Part shown: positions 39,728 to 50,975 of the stretch, one piece after another
Position numbering within the stretch: the stretch's first letter is position 1
How the letters are laid out: every line of letters begins with the position of its first letter
Source of the DNA: a virus
Length of the DNA: 64,000 nt
Strand: one strand, 5' to 3'
Virus record (IMG/VR): IMGVR_UViG_3300028584_001241
Made by a program: the position numbers and the translations under genes
Notes under the pieces: model-generated
What the model was told of the DNA's origin: nothing
Seen by the model: the letters and a program-made list of their open reading frames with translations, nothing else
The model's database searches: none

Positions 39728-41350
39728 TCACATTTTTAATTTTAAAGGTTTGCTACCACCTTTAAGTGTCTTAATCATATCATCTTCACTAAGGTTTAAA
39801 GCTATCATTTCAGTAATTTTCTTTTCGTTAGCCACAATTTCAGCATAAGGAATATCTAATTTTGAAATCAACGATAATCTCGTTCGCTCAGATGAAGAAG
39901 GTAATAATACAGCACAGATTTCGTTTTTAAATTTATCAACAGTTTCCAAAACAATACTTGCTTCATCAAAATTCAATCCTTGTTGGGTTGATGGAAAATC
40001 CAAGCACAACACATACTGATTTTCTTTGCAATAGTTAATAACCTGTTTTATTGCATCTTCTAATTGCCCTTCTGGCATATTGTAAGTTAATCTATAACTA
40101 TCTAATCTTAATGTCTTGTAAGTTGATTCATCATTTTTAGAAATACCCGCACACATCATGTATTTAATATCAACGCCCGTTGTGCCGATAAAACGGATAA
40201 CGTCAACATCCATCTCTGGATCAATCATACTATAAGATCGTTTGCAGAAATCAGTTTTAAAGTGTTCATCCATTACCTTTGATTTCTCAAACTCATCAAC
40301 AATATGATCAACATAATTGAAATAAACAATACCTTTTTCTTGTTTATAGATATCATCATCCCTCACAACTGTATGTTTAAATAGGTTTTCTGGTAACTCG
40401 TTAAGTGTTGGATCTTGTTTTAAGGCTTCATTAAACACCATTTCGACTACTGGATTATCTTTGTATAGTTGTTCAATGTTTAAATCATTGCTAACGAGTT
40501 TCATGGCAAATGACAATGACTTTTTAATACGTTCATAAGATAATTGCTCAGTTAGATTGTGTATGAAATTTTTAGGGTCTGTTAATAGTAAATAAGTAAT
40601 GCTATTTTTAGGCAAATGCTCAGCAACAAATTTATTGAAAAATTCAAGTTGTCTATCTTCATCAATATTGTCGAAGTCATAGTTAGTGAGGTCCATATTC
40701 TCAATATAAAACAATCTTCTCATGTGATTAAGCTGATCCTGTCCTTCGTCCATACCATTTTTAATGATGCTATAAATATTGTGTTCAATATTGCTGTCTA
40801 TTGATTTATCATTTTGCTCAAACTTCTTAGCAACTTTTAAAGCAATTTTTAAAATTTCTCTGTTAAAAGGTTCTTCTTCTTTCATCATTTTAATCACTCT
40901 TAAAAAATCTAACTGAGCACGGTCACATGACAACATAACATTATCAATATCTTTAACAGTAATATTATTTAGAAAATCTTTAAAATTGCTGTTTGGTTGT
41001 GTATTTTCTTTAATCTTCAATGCAGATTTTTGTATGTCTTCTGAAACAATGGGTTTGACATCACCCATGAATACACTTTTACCATCAAGTTTTGATCGGA
41101 ATTCAAAACCATCTTGCCCCATAGTTCCATAAAATTTACAGTAGCCTGCTTTTTTATATTCAAGAACAAGCTTAGTATCTCGCGGATCGTGATAAACATA
41201 AATATCAGGATAGGCATCTTTCATAGCAGGTGTGTTCAAAAATTTATGGATGGCTAATATTTCAACATCACTACTAAAAGACATCCCCGTTTCTTTTTCT
41301 ATCTTCTCAAAGACATTATTCATTATTTTACTATATTCTGTTAAATTCAT
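39728..41350 (-). CDS. partner protein of WCI cassette 1, distant paralog of 57018 and 60427; Lys-rich tail
   Basis: Start moved to MNLTEYSKIM (1 nt after the upstream stop); the N-terminus aligns with MN.NDY.K...LA..K....PAL. Confidence 0.8.
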   Translation of the reverse strand: MNLTEYSKIMNNVFEKIEKETGMSFSSDVEILAIHKFLNTPAMKDAYPDIYVYHDPRDTKLVLEYKKAGYCKFYGTMGQDGFEFRSKLDGKSVFMGDVKPIVSEDIQKSALKIKENTQPNSNFKDFLNNITVKDIDNVMLSCDRAQLDFLRVIKMMKEEEPFNREILKIALKVAKKFEQNDKSIDSNIEHNIYSIIKNGMDEGQDQLNHMRRLFYIENMDLTNYDFDNIDEDRQLEFFNKFVAEHLPKNSITYLLLTDPKNFIHNLTEQLSYERIKKSLSFAMKLVSNDLNIEQLYKDNPVVEMVFNEALKQDPTLNELPENLFKHTVVRDDDIYKQEKGIVYFNYVDHIVDEFEKSKVMDEHFKTDFCKRSYSMIDPEMDVDVIRFIGTTGVDIKYMMCAGISKNDESTYKTLRLDSYRLTYNMPEGQLEDAIKQVINYCKENQYVLCLDFPSTQQGLNFDEASIVLETVDKFKNEICAVLLPSSSERTRLSLISKLDIPYAEIVANEKKITEMIALNLSEDDMIKTLKGGSKPLKLKM

Positions 41351-41351
41351 G

Positions 41352-43118
41352 TTATAAACCTTGTTTATATTTATTAGTTTGTTTTTTATCTTTCTTTTGA
41401 AACAATTCATCTAACTCATTTATTTTTTCTTCACTGAGTTTGAATTCCTTCTGATTATTAAACACTATCTTGTTAGCAATCGCGGTTAATGTGTCATCGA
41501 CTGGTAAGTAATCATCATCTCGAAGATGCTGAGTGTGAAACTCACCTGTATCTGTTAATGTAAACCCAATTAATGATTCATTATCTTTTTCATTTTTATT
41601 AAAATCATACAAGAAGTATTGTTTCTTATCGTAAGATGTATAAGTATTAAAATAACTCTCCTGCCTTACAATACACCAGCTAGGGCTACCTAAGTCTTTT
41701 GAGTCTTTATACTCTTTAACTGGGAATACCAATACTTGGCCTTCGTCATAGACAGGAGTAATACCAGCACGCTCTAATTTATTAGAAACAGCTTCATGAC
41801 TAAACCCAGTAAATTGACCAATCACTTTAACTAAATAAGCTTCAAGGTCTTCTGGTGTTTTAATAGCGGCCATCTTCTTGCCTATGATATTTTGTAATTC
41901 TGTTTCTGTGACATTCATCTCTTTAAGCTGTTTAAATGAATTAAGGCTAGTAGGGCTTAACAAGTCTTTATTTTTATTACTAAGAATACTGTGAGCATAT
42001 TGGTGAGTTTTATGTTCACTAATTAAAGCGTTCATATGGTCATCAATAACTTCAAACGATTTATTAACAAAAAGATTGAAATCCATTTTCATGTTTTTTA
42101 AAACTTGTTCATTTTCTAAAAAAGTATTCATGGCATTCATACAATGTTCAAAATGACCATTTTCTTTGGCTAATGAAATAAAGAATTTTGCTATTTTTGG
42201 ACGTTTTTTAAGCTTATAAGCGACTATGCTTTCTTTTAATCCTGAGAAAGCTTCATCCAATTCATTCATTGTATTAATAGTAGAAAATTTCCCTTTACTC
42301 TTTACAGCGATACTCTCATCCTTGAAAAGAATGTACGCTTGGATTTTTTGGTTTTCTTCAAGTTTAATGGCTGCAGTAATGGTTTCATCAAAAGTCTTAT
42401 CTAATAAGAATTGGGAAATATCTCCAGTGGAGTTATTTAACTCATCTGCATACTTAGAACTCATCGTAGATAAAATAGCCGGATTAGCTTCATTTATTCT
42501 GTCGATAAGCCTATCAAGAATAGCATGAAACTCGACAACATTTTCTTTGGTGACTTTTTTAATATTTTCAAAAATATCATAATATGAGTTATCGACTAAA
42601 ACATCTTTGTATTCTTCATTCAGCTCATTGAGCATTCCTAAATAGGTAGAATGAGAGGCAAGATATTTGTTTTTAACTAAATAAGGAGCTATCATTCTCA
42701 ATTCAGATGAATAATCAATGGTTCTTTTGATAGGTTCTAATAATTCAACATTCAATTGTTCTAGTCTATTAACCTGAGCTAATAAATCTGAATAGTCAGC
42801 CCCAGCTTCATCGGCTAATACAGTTAATTGTGTGAAATTGCTTTTTATCGTTTTCATTGTGTTCATTTCGTTCAATGAGCGATATTTGGCATCAATTTCT
42901 TCATCACCTTGAATAGAAAGCATATGATACTGTTCTGTTTGTAAGTATTGTTTTACAGAAGAGAAAGGAACCAGTATACTCTTGTAGTTTGAATTTAAAG
43001 AAAGAACACTAATGTCAGACATATCTTTAAATGGAAGAGATTTTATATAGGCAATACAATGCGTAAATCGTGCAGAGCTACTATAGTTTGAATAAATATT
43101 AGAAAATTCTTGGTTCAT
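41352..43118 (-). CDS. WCI-motif protein (cassette 1); Lys-rich tail
   Basis: LGSPSWCIVRQESYFNTYT...QYFLYDF...SLIGFTL...HLRDDD. Confidence 0.85.
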   Translation of the reverse strand: MNQEFSNIYSNYSSSARFTHCIAYIKSLPFKDMSDISVLSLNSNYKSILVPFSSVKQYLQTEQYHMLSIQGDEEIDAKYRSLNEMNTMKTIKSNFTQLTVLADEAGADYSDLLAQVNRLEQLNVELLEPIKRTIDYSSELRMIAPYLVKNKYLASHSTYLGMLNELNEEYKDVLVDNSYYDIFENIKKVTKENVVEFHAILDRLIDRINEANPAILSTMSSKYADELNNSTGDISQFLLDKTFDETITAAIKLEENQKIQAYILFKDESIAVKSKGKFSTINTMNELDEAFSGLKESIVAYKLKKRPKIAKFFISLAKENGHFEHCMNAMNTFLENEQVLKNMKMDFNLFVNKSFEVIDDHMNALISEHKTHQYAHSILSNKNKDLLSPTSLNSFKQLKEMNVTETELQNIIGKKMAAIKTPEDLEAYLVKVIGQFTGFSHEAVSNKLERAGITPVYDEGQVLVFPVKEYKDSKDLGSPSWCIVRQESYFNTYTSYDKKQYFLYDFNKNEKDNESLIGFTLTDTGEFHTQHLRDDDYLPVDDTLTAIANKIVFNNQKEFKLSEEKINELDELFQKKDKKQTNKYKQGL

Positions 43119-43311
43119 AACAGTTTTATTGTTTTTTTTATTATAGCATTTCTACCAAAATAATAAAGCTGTTATAGTGTTTTAATAAAATAAAGATAAT
43201 CGAGATAAACTATTACACCATCTGTCATTTTATTGACACGATTATCAATTTAACCATTGACTAAACATTTAATTTCGTAATGATATATAATAAGTATAAT
43301 AATATTTCAAG

Positions 43312-44004
43312 GTGAATGTTTTGTTAAAAGGAATTTCAAAATTTATAAAATTAGGCTTGCTAGCGTCAGCCATTTCAATAATTGCAGGCTGTAATGGTAC
43401 CATTCACTTAACATCGGCTTCTGATGCCAAAGGATATGAGCCTGTATTCTCTGGTTTTCCGTTGCCTTTATTCTTTGTGGCGTCATCGGTTCAATGGAAT
43501 GAAGACTACGCTGTCTCTGCAAAACACACTCCATTTCTTAGAAATATTGCTTACTCCTGCAGTACTGGATGTGATTTAGTTTTTATTAAAAGAAAAGCAG
43601 ATAATAATATTCCAGAATGGAGGCATTCTATTGCCAATGAAAAGCTAACAGCTTATGGAACATCGCCATTATATATACCGGCTAAGACTGAAGGAACAGC
43701 AATGGTCACAAAACTACAAAAAGATGTTGAATCAGATAATAAAAAATCAGTAGAATTGTATAAACTCAACAACATGGCAAGCATAATGGGCATGTCAGGT
43801 GGCCCTATCTATGGAGAAGATGGTAAAGTAGTGGGAATTACATTAGGTTTTGTTATTAAGACATTAATGAGTGATGAGAAATTAACGAAGACTCCTGAAC
43901 TAATTAAGCCTAGTACAATCTCTTACATGATGCAAACTGAAATTATTGAACGTGAATGGAAGTTGTTCCAAGAACAAGAACAAGAAAAAAATAAAAAGAT
44001 ATAA
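43312..44004 (+). CDS. trypsin-like serine protease lipoprotein
   Basis: Lipobox IAGC; SAKH (His), CDLVFI (Asp), GMSGGP (Ser). Confidence 0.82.
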   Translation: MNVLLKGISKFIKLGLLASAISIIAGCNGTIHLTSASDAKGYEPVFSGFPLPLFFVASSVQWNEDYAVSAKHTPFLRNIAYSCSTGCDLVFIKRKADNNIPEWRHSIANEKLTAYGTSPLYIPAKTEGTAMVTKLQKDVESDNKKSVELYKLNNMASIMGMSGGPIYGEDGKVVGITLGFVIKTLMSDEKLTKTPELIKPSTISYMMQTEIIEREWKLFQEQEQEKNKKI

Positions 44005-44046
44005 AAAAAGAGCCTACTGGCTCTTTTTTATTTATCAATAAACGAC

Positions 44047-45246
44047 TTATTCTTTGGATTCCAATATATCATTCATTTCCATGCTGTGCTGATTTTCCAT
44101 CAGTTTTATAATCGTTTCTTCGTAAGCTAATCCTAAAAAGACCTCATCTGATAGCAATTTTGAAAATTGAACAGGTTCAGCAACGTTATCAACTTTATGA
44201 TAATTGTTAAAGCGATGCATTCTATAATCAAAATGAAGAACAACATCATTGAGTAAAGTTAACATCTCAGACTCTTCTTTATTAGGAATATTACAGTAAA
44301 TATAATTGTTTCGACTGTCATACATAGCTACTTTAAACGAGATCTCATAATCCGATAAACGTTCGCCCTTGGTGACAGGCACTACATTGCCGGGATTAGT
44401 TAAAGCAATCTGATTACCAAATGATGTGATATCGAGATCAAAAGGAATCATTGATTGACACCAATCCAAAGAATCTTCAATAGCCGCCCGTCTTTCTTCA
44501 GTTGTCCGAACAACATCACTCTCAGAACCACTAAAACGAAGATATTCAGTAGTCGGCTTATAAAATTCCGCCATTTTTTGAAGCATGCTGGTTAATGGGT
44601 CTAATTTATATTCTAAACTTTTCTTTTCTGTCTTTGACATTTTGGTTAAGGTGTAAATATCTCTAAGAAAGAGAGGCAACTGAATAATGCTTGCAAAAAG
44701 TTCTTCTTCATTTATATTTTTATATTTAAAATCAACATAGTGGTCATCAGATAATTTACCGGCTTCATCCACAGCATAGATTCGCATGACTTTAAATTCG
44801 GCTGCAATTTCTTTACGAACAACATCAACAACAGGTTGTGGGCCATCTTCTTCAATGGAATAGGTAAATTCACCGTTCAATAATTGAGCAGTAATATCAG
44901 GTGAACCTTCACCCCAGTAACTCAACATTTCGTCGTTAGTCTTGCTGGGTAAAACATGATGATGAGCAAAGGAATGGAAGCATAAGAGCATACTGGACAT
45001 ATCAATCGTAGGGTTTGCTTTGTAGTCATTGAGGGCTTGTTCAAATTCTGCGACCCATTTAGTTAAGCCGACAGTGCCTTGATTATCATCATTCAACTTC
45101 TCTTTGAGACTTTCAACAGCTAGATCCCATCGATCAACCATAGAGATCATTTTCTCTTTAATTTCTTCTGGAAAACCGTCCCATCGGGTGTGATGTTCAA
45201 TGTAATCATTCTCACTAGCAATTCTTGTTGTGGCTGGGGTGCCCAT
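44047..45246 (-). CDS. hypothetical protein with MGT...H.RWDGFP N-terminus
   Basis: 399-aa ORF, AGGAG RBS. Confidence 0.8.
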   Translation of the reverse strand: MGTPATTRIASENDYIEHHTRWDGFPEEIKEKMISMVDRWDLAVESLKEKLNDDNQGTVGLTKWVAEFEQALNDYKANPTIDMSSMLLCFHSFAHHHVLPSKTNDEMLSYWGEGSPDITAQLLNGEFTYSIEEDGPQPVVDVVRKEIAAEFKVMRIYAVDEAGKLSDDHYVDFKYKNINEEELFASIIQLPLFLRDIYTLTKMSKTEKKSLEYKLDPLTSMLQKMAEFYKPTTEYLRFSGSESDVVRTTEERRAAIEDSLDWCQSMIPFDLDITSFGNQIALTNPGNVVPVTKGERLSDYEISFKVAMYDSRNNYIYCNIPNKEESEMLTLLNDVVLHFDYRMHRFNNYHKVDNVAEPVQFSKLLSDEVFLGLAYEETIIKLMENQHSMEMNDILESKE

Positions 45247-45380
45247 AGGTATATCTCCTAAATTGTTAATAGATTATATCAAAATTTAACGTTTAATGCA
45301 ATGTTTTTATACAAGTTGTTGAATTTTGCATATTGCCAAATATGTGATAAATTGTAATGTAATAACAAAAATTATAAGAT

Positions 45381-45761
45381 ATGAAAAAAATATTTCTAAT
45401 CACTATGTCCTTAGTGATGATAAGTTTTAGTTTTGCTGATTACAGTGTTGTGATTGGCAAAGGATTACCAAAAGAATCTATCAAGTTCGTTGATAGAACA
45501 CCGCCCCCAATTGAGCCTGAACTTCCTCCTGAACCACCTCAACCAGTATGTAAATATAGCTATCCCACTGACTATTGGTTGAATGGCAGAAACACTGCAT
45601 ACAGTATCGTTCATGTTGTTGATAACAGCGTTTTAGTCCACAACGGCAAACAAATTTATGTTACAAGTCATATTGTAGGAAATTTTAAATACACCAGAGG
45701 TGTTTTTATCAAAAATGTTGGCGATTATGCTCATTATAATATTTGCAAAGTTGCCATTTAA
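45381..45761 (+). CDS. secreted protein: Pro linker plus Cys-bracketed domain (family of 18497 and 26255, no repeats)
   Basis: Signal + ADYSVV; CKYSY..DYW...IVGNFKYTRG...YNICK. Confidence 0.8.
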   Translation: MKKIFLITMSLVMISFSFADYSVVIGKGLPKESIKFVDRTPPPIEPELPPEPPQPVCKYSYPTDYWLNGRNTAYSIVHVVDNSVLVHNGKQIYVTSHIVGNFKYTRGVFIKNVGDYAHYNICKVAI

Positions 45762-45814
45762 CAATTCGTAAACGATAAAAAATTCGATATGAAGTCGAGT
45801 TTTTTCTTAATAAT

Positions 45815-46504
45815 TTAGAACTCTAACATACTCAGGAGTTCTATGGATCTTTCCGAATAGTCTATATTCGTTTTGTTAAAATATTTAGCAAACTCTTTAT
45901 TGATTAAAGTCCCTAATACCACAATAAATAAGTTCTTCTTATCTTCAATGATAAGACCTTTTGAATGTTTAATAAATAAATTACCCGTTTCATAAAGAAT
46001 AACATCAAGTAGTTCTAATTTTTCGTCTAACAAAATAATAAAACTATCAGTACCACCTATTTCATTATACATAGAGAATATAACCTCATGAGTAACAATA
46101 ATTTTGTCATCGACACTTTTTAATTTAATTGAAATTGAATAAATATTAGTATCAATAAGTTTTTGAGTTGGCCCCAGTGCTTTTTGTAAGGCAGCATACA
46201 AACGCGATGGATAGTTATAAGATCTAAGATAATGCGTTTTCCAATATTCAACAAAGTCTGCAGTACTCTGACTTAAATCAATATGTGGACTAATCATTCT
46301 CAACGTGTGATTAAAAAGACTGAGTAGCGTTTGTGTTTTTTCATCATAATCAAACATTATATTAGCAATATCGCTATCATCATGGACTTCCGAATTCGTC
46401 TTAATCACAAGTTCATTATGTTTGTTTAAGCAATAAAAAACAGTATCATTAAATGTTTCTTTAAAGTATGCAACCACATAGTCTAACTCAGTATTAACAG
46501 TCAT
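45815..46504 (-). CDS. hypothetical protein; MxxF tail
   Basis: Ends ELLSMLEF. Confidence 0.8.
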   Translation of the reverse strand: MTVNTELDYVVAYFKETFNDTVFYCLNKHNELVIKTNSEVHDDSDIANIMFDYDEKTQTLLSLFNHTLRMISPHIDLSQSTADFVEYWKTHYLRSYNYPSRLYAALQKALGPTQKLIDTNIYSISIKLKSVDDKIIVTHEVIFSMYNEIGGTDSFIILLDEKLELLDVILYETGNLFIKHSKGLIIEDKKNLFIVVLGTLINKEFAKYFNKTNIDYSERSIELLSMLEF

Positions 46505-46523
46505 TCCGAAGTCCTTAAATAGA

Positions 46524-47255
46524 TTAGTATCTATTGTTCATTGCATCACTAAAAGAACGAGAACTAGGCAATGTCCAGAAACGTAATGTCAATTCACTAA
46601 GATAGGGCACAATACGATGATTAGGTTTTTCACCATCATATACATTATCCAAGACAAATTCTAAATTACCAACTTCCGAACCAATAGACTTTTCAACGCA
46701 ATCCTGAATAAGAGATAGGTTACTATTGGTATAGGCTACTACAAAACCATCACCACTGCGATTCAACACTTCAAAATTAGTCATGAAACGTTGGTGCTCT
46801 TCCAGTTTTTTCTGACCATAGGCAACAAATTCTTCTTCAGTTCTAAAATTGGAGCGACTACCATCACGAGGCATTGAACTCATAATACGAATTTTGATTT
46901 CCAAATTAGGTGTCATGCCTACATCTAAAAGAGCATAAATACCAATGCCAGACAGATCGCTTTTCACTTTATCTGAGATTTGTTTAATATAGATAGACAC
47001 TTTATCATAACTAATATCAGAACTGGACTGACTTGATTCAAGCTCACGAACTCTATTGTTAAGACTTCTAATAGTGTCTACTTCTTTAAAGGTTACACCT
47101 AAATCAATCAACAACGAACGAGACATGCTGTGATTGTCCTGTAATAAGTGGACAATTTCTTCTTCTGACTTGTTTTCTCGGTTTTGAAGCAAATACAAAA
47201 AGGTGTTGTAGTTCTGAATATACCGTTTAATTGAATCTTCTTTAAAATCATTCAT
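46524..47255 (-). CDS. hypothetical protein
   Basis: 243-aa ORF, 1-nt overlap with the upstream stop. Confidence 0.8.
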   Translation of the reverse strand: MNDFKEDSIKRYIQNYNTFLYLLQNRENKSEEEIVHLLQDNHSMSRSLLIDLGVTFKEVDTIRSLNNRVRELESSQSSSDISYDKVSIYIKQISDKVKSDLSGIGIYALLDVGMTPNLEIKIRIMSSMPRDGSRSNFRTEEEFVAYGQKKLEEHQRFMTNFEVLNRSGDGFVVAYTNSNLSLIQDCVEKSIGSEVGNLEFVLDNVYDGEKPNHRIVPYLSELTLRFWTLPSSRSFSDAMNNRY

Positions 47256-47875
47256 TATGTTAACTCCTGAAAAAATGTGGCCTTTATGTTAAAGAAAGAA
47301 TAACCATGATGGTCTTTCTTTAACTTATAGCGAATACGGTGTTTACCCAGTTGTTCAATAAAGAAATCTTCATGTTCGTTAATATGAAATGAAAATTCAA
47401 AATTAACAGAAAGATTATTATCAGAAATCTTTATTTTGGAAACTTTAACCGAATCAGGTTTTCTAAGATGTCTGGATTTTCCTTCGGGTAATTGTAGTTG
47501 ATCAAAAATAAATTTTTGTTTTTCTTTAACAAAATCAATAATACGTTGATCAGTGACTTGGTAACAGAAATAAATAGGAATATCACGAATATAACCATCA
47601 GATGATTTATAGGATTCAAGAAAAACATCGCAATCATTTACATAGCCATCAACGCCTTCTGCAATAGCAATTTCTTTTATAAATTGACTGTTTTCACTGT
47701 TATTATTTTCATCTTGAAAAATCTGAGCAATCAAAGCAACCGCTTCTGGGGATGATACAATTGCTTCGTCTTTAATCTGAAATTGGTTGTAAAAGTTTTT
47801 TTCGAAATATTCCCCAACCATGCCAAGTTGCGACATGACTAGATTAGGGAATGTTATATTAGTAGATACTCTCAA
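47255..47875 (-). CDS. hypothetical protein
   Basis: 206-aa ORF, GAGGTG RBS, TTG start. Confidence 0.75.
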   Translation of the reverse strand: MRVSTNITFPNLVMSQLGMVGEYFEKNFYNQFQIKDEAIVSSPEAVALIAQIFQDENNNSENSQFIKEIAIAEGVDGYVNDCDVFLESYKSSDGYIRDIPIYFCYQVTDQRIIDFVKEKQKFIFDQLQLPEGKSRHLRKPDSVKVSKIKISDNNLSVNFEFSFHINEHEDFFIEQLGKHRIRYKLKKDHHGYSFFNIKATFFQELT

Positions 47876-47931
47876 TTGAACACCTCGACGGTTAATGCCA
47901 AGATTATATCAATTATTGCCTAATGCGTCAA

Positions 47932-48942
47932 CTATTTTAAATAGTTTTCATAATACTGAATAGTCGCTAAATTCTTTGATTTGACTTCAAACATGATGTC
48001 AAAATAAGGCATGAACTCTTTAACATAACGATTACTCCAATCATTCCACATATAGTCACTATGACCATACAAATCCTTTTTGTTATAGTGTTTCATAAGT
48101 TTTAACACTTCAAGTTTATCAGTGGTATTGAAATGGTCTTGGATGAATTCTCTGGACTGAGAATAGTGCATAGTCGGTCGGACACCTCTCCAACTCTCTA
48201 TAACACGTTGTATACGATCATCGTTTAGGTCAATATACTCGCCTTCATGTATCCAGCAATGATGCACATCAAGGACCACAGGAGCATAGGCAGCTAATTT
48301 AATACAGTCATTTAAGCCATACTTTTTTTCTTCATTTTCAAACGTGATAGAATTACGAGCCTCGCTACTGAGTAATGGTAATACTGAGATAGTACCTTCC
48401 ACACCGTGAGTTCCTGCAATGTGTATATTACATTTAAAATCTTGAAAGGATTGACCATAGCCCATCATACGAATCATGTCCACATGATATTCAAACTCAG
48501 CAATGCTTTTGGTAACCACATCTGCACGATCAGATGCCAACACACAAAATTGCCCCGGATGCATAGATAATCTTATATTATGCTGTCTAGCGTACTCACC
48601 TATCTTTGAAAAACCACGCTCTAAAATCTCGGTAACGTCTTTTCGCTTGTAAAAGTGTCCCCATGCATGATGAGAGTATAAGGGAAGAAGATCGCTGCTT
48701 AAACGCACCATACGAAGCTGTTCGGGTAATGTATTAACATACTCAAGTAGTTTCAACTGAGAGGCAAGGTTGTGTTCTACGACCATAAAGAGTTTGGCAT
48801 AGGCGTCATTAATATCTACACCCATCAACCACTTTGATGTAGTTGTTTTTGTATTATATTGTCTTTCAATGGTTTCAAGGTCTTTTGCTGATAACGTTCT
48901 GTCATCGTGCATATACTTACAAGCGAATCCTATTTTATTCAT
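47932..48942 (-). CDS. uvsE: UV-damage endonuclease (UvsE/UvdE family)
   Basis: IGFACKY, RMVRLSSDLLP, RLSMHPGQFCVLAS, NIH, TFENEE, LDVHH, MHYS, DIMFEVKSK. Confidence 0.9.
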   Translation of the reverse strand: MNKIGFACKYMHDDRTLSAKDLETIERQYNTKTTTSKWLMGVDINDAYAKLFMVVEHNLASQLKLLEYVNTLPEQLRMVRLSSDLLPLYSHHAWGHFYKRKDVTEILERGFSKIGEYARQHNIRLSMHPGQFCVLASDRADVVTKSIAEFEYHVDMIRMMGYGQSFQDFKCNIHIAGTHGVEGTISVLPLLSSEARNSITFENEEKKYGLNDCIKLAAYAPVVLDVHHCWIHEGEYIDLNDDRIQRVIESWRGVRPTMHYSQSREFIQDHFNTTDKLEVLKLMKHYNKKDLYGHSDYMWNDWSNRYVKEFMPYFDIMFEVKSKNLATIQYYENYLK

Positions 48943-49021
48943 TATTAATATCCTAACTTAGTCATCCTTATATTAACATGAAAATAACAGATAGCAAAAA
49001 ACCTCTTTCGAGGCTTTTGTG

Positions 49022-49396
49022 TTAAAACTTCATCATTTCAACAAGAAGAAAATCATCATCGGTAATTTCTTGTTCTAAAAACCTTCCTTGATCTTTCATG
49101 ATTTCATGAACATCTAAAATCATTTTAAGAAAACCTCGTTCAATGTGCGGTGTTGGATACTTATTTCTGGTAACTTTAAAAGAATACGGTGATTCTTTCA
49201 ATGCCTTTCGTAGTGCTGAGTTATCCAGTATGCTTAAACGCATTCTATTTTCAATATTCGTTCTTTTAATTTCAAAACGATATGTTGGATTCTTTGCAAG
49301 CACATAATCTGCTGTCCTTTTAACCAAGTAAGCATAATAGGTCGCTTCCATCTCAGCTTGCATTTTTTTAGTAATCTTAGCGATTTTAGTAGTCAT
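49022..49396 (-). CDS. hypothetical protein; MxxF tail
   Basis: Start moved to MTTKIAK behind GAGAGGG; ends LLVEMMKF. Confidence 0.78.
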   Translation of the reverse strand: MTTKIAKITKKMQAEMEATYYAYLVKRTADYVLAKNPTYRFEIKRTNIENRMRLSILDNSALRKALKESPYSFKVTRNKYPTPHIERGFLKMILDVHEIMKDQGRFLEQEITDDDFLLVEMMKF

Positions 49397-49580
49397 ATTT
49401 CCCTCTCTTCTATATAAACATTTTACCAAAAAATAGCCTAAAAGTCAAATTTAGAAGGTTCAAAATACGGTTGTAAGCTTTTGTTTAATAAGGATTTTTA
49501 AAATAATTTAAATATTTTTATAAATGATGAAAAAATAAAAAAAGCACCTCGAAAGATGTTTTTTTTCACACTAAAATATT

Positions 49581-50810
49581 TTAATAATGCATGATTTCAT
49601 AAAGCTTGTAATGCTGCGTCATTAAATTATCAACAGATTCATCTATATATTCTGCGACTTCTTGTTCAAATGAATTCTTCATCAATTGAAATAGATCGTC
49701 TGGTAGCTCATCTCTGAATGTGTTAATATTGTCTTTTTTAGGATCTTTTGCTCTAAAAAAGTCTAACAATATAGCCGAATTGGTGTAATCACCCAAATTG
49801 ATAGAAATATCACCTACTGTTTCTTCAAAATCGTCTTCTGATAATATAGATAAATTATAAATATTGGAATATTTCAATTTATATTGAGAAGGTTTTTTAA
49901 AACTGAACCTATAAATCAATGGTTTATTTTTTGAAATAGTTTTCCTAAATTCAATAAAACTCACAACTTGTCGAATAAAAGATGCGTCTTCGGCATTCAG
50001 TATAGCATTAGTTAACATTAAAATTTCACTTGAATCATTAGTTTTGTAGCATGTACTATTACCTCTATTATTAATAATAACTGATTCTTTCAAATTAAAA
50101 TCTTTACAAAAAACTGCAAGATCTTTAATATTTAATTGAGCTGTAGTGGTTTGAATGGCGTCAAAAATAGACATGTTACTTCGTTCTAAAATGTATTTTG
50201 ATGTAACATTAGAACGAGTCGTTACCCTTGCAATGTTTCGCCTTGTTCTTGCATAACAATTGTCAATAAAAACATTAAAAAGCTTATCAAAATTATCTAA
50301 ATTAAGGGTTTCAAGTTTAAAAGACTCACTATAAATATCAAAAGATATACTATTGTTATCTATCTTAAAAAGAACAGGAAGCGTACAATTATTATGATGA
50401 TCATACGCTGAAATTTTCACGTAACCATTTTCGTTTCTAATTTCAATTGATAAAAAATTATTATCTTGATAACTATTACCATAAGCAATCTCATAGTAAA
50501 AATGAACGGCTGACAAAAATTGACGACAATTATTTATTTTTTTACAAAGAATCATTTCAATCAAAGCAATAAGATTTGATTCAGATTGATAGGTTAGATC
50601 ATAGAAAAAACAATTATTGTCTTTGTGAAAATCTTCAAAATAAAGACCTGTTTTACTCTTGTCATTTTTATAATCTTCTCTTGTGAAAATAGGAAGCTCC
50701 ATTTTTTCGCAAAACTGACGGATGGCGTTATCAACAAAAGGAACAATCTCAGCACCTGTATGTGTTCCTGATAAGTCATTAATAATAGAGTTTGAAATGG
50801 CAGTGGTCAT
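49581..50810 (-). CDS. hypothetical protein; variant tail (YKLYEIMHY)
   Basis: 409-aa ORF with TTGATT-17-TACAAT promoter (50867-50839). Confidence 0.8.
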   Translation of the reverse strand: MTTAISNSIINDLSGTHTGAEIVPFVDNAIRQFCEKMELPIFTREDYKNDKSKTGLYFEDFHKDNNCFFYDLTYQSESNLIALIEMILCKKINNCRQFLSAVHFYYEIAYGNSYQDNNFLSIEIRNENGYVKISAYDHHNNCTLPVLFKIDNNSISFDIYSESFKLETLNLDNFDKLFNVFIDNCYARTRRNIARVTTRSNVTSKYILERSNMSIFDAIQTTTAQLNIKDLAVFCKDFNLKESVIINNRGNSTCYKTNDSSEILMLTNAILNAEDASFIRQVVSFIEFRKTISKNKPLIYRFSFKKPSQYKLKYSNIYNLSILSEDDFEETVGDISINLGDYTNSAILLDFFRAKDPKKDNINTFRDELPDDLFQLMKNSFEQEVAEYIDESVDNLMTQHYKLYEIMHY

Positions 50811-50975
50811 GGTTAATCCTATTTAATAAGAGTATCCTATTGTATCAAAAAAATACAATTTAATCAATAAAAAAAGCATTAAAGTAAATTTTTTAATTTT
50901 AATCGAGTAATGTATTTGATTATTAATTTAATTCGGATAAATTACTATTGAAACATTATATTTTGAGGCTAACTA

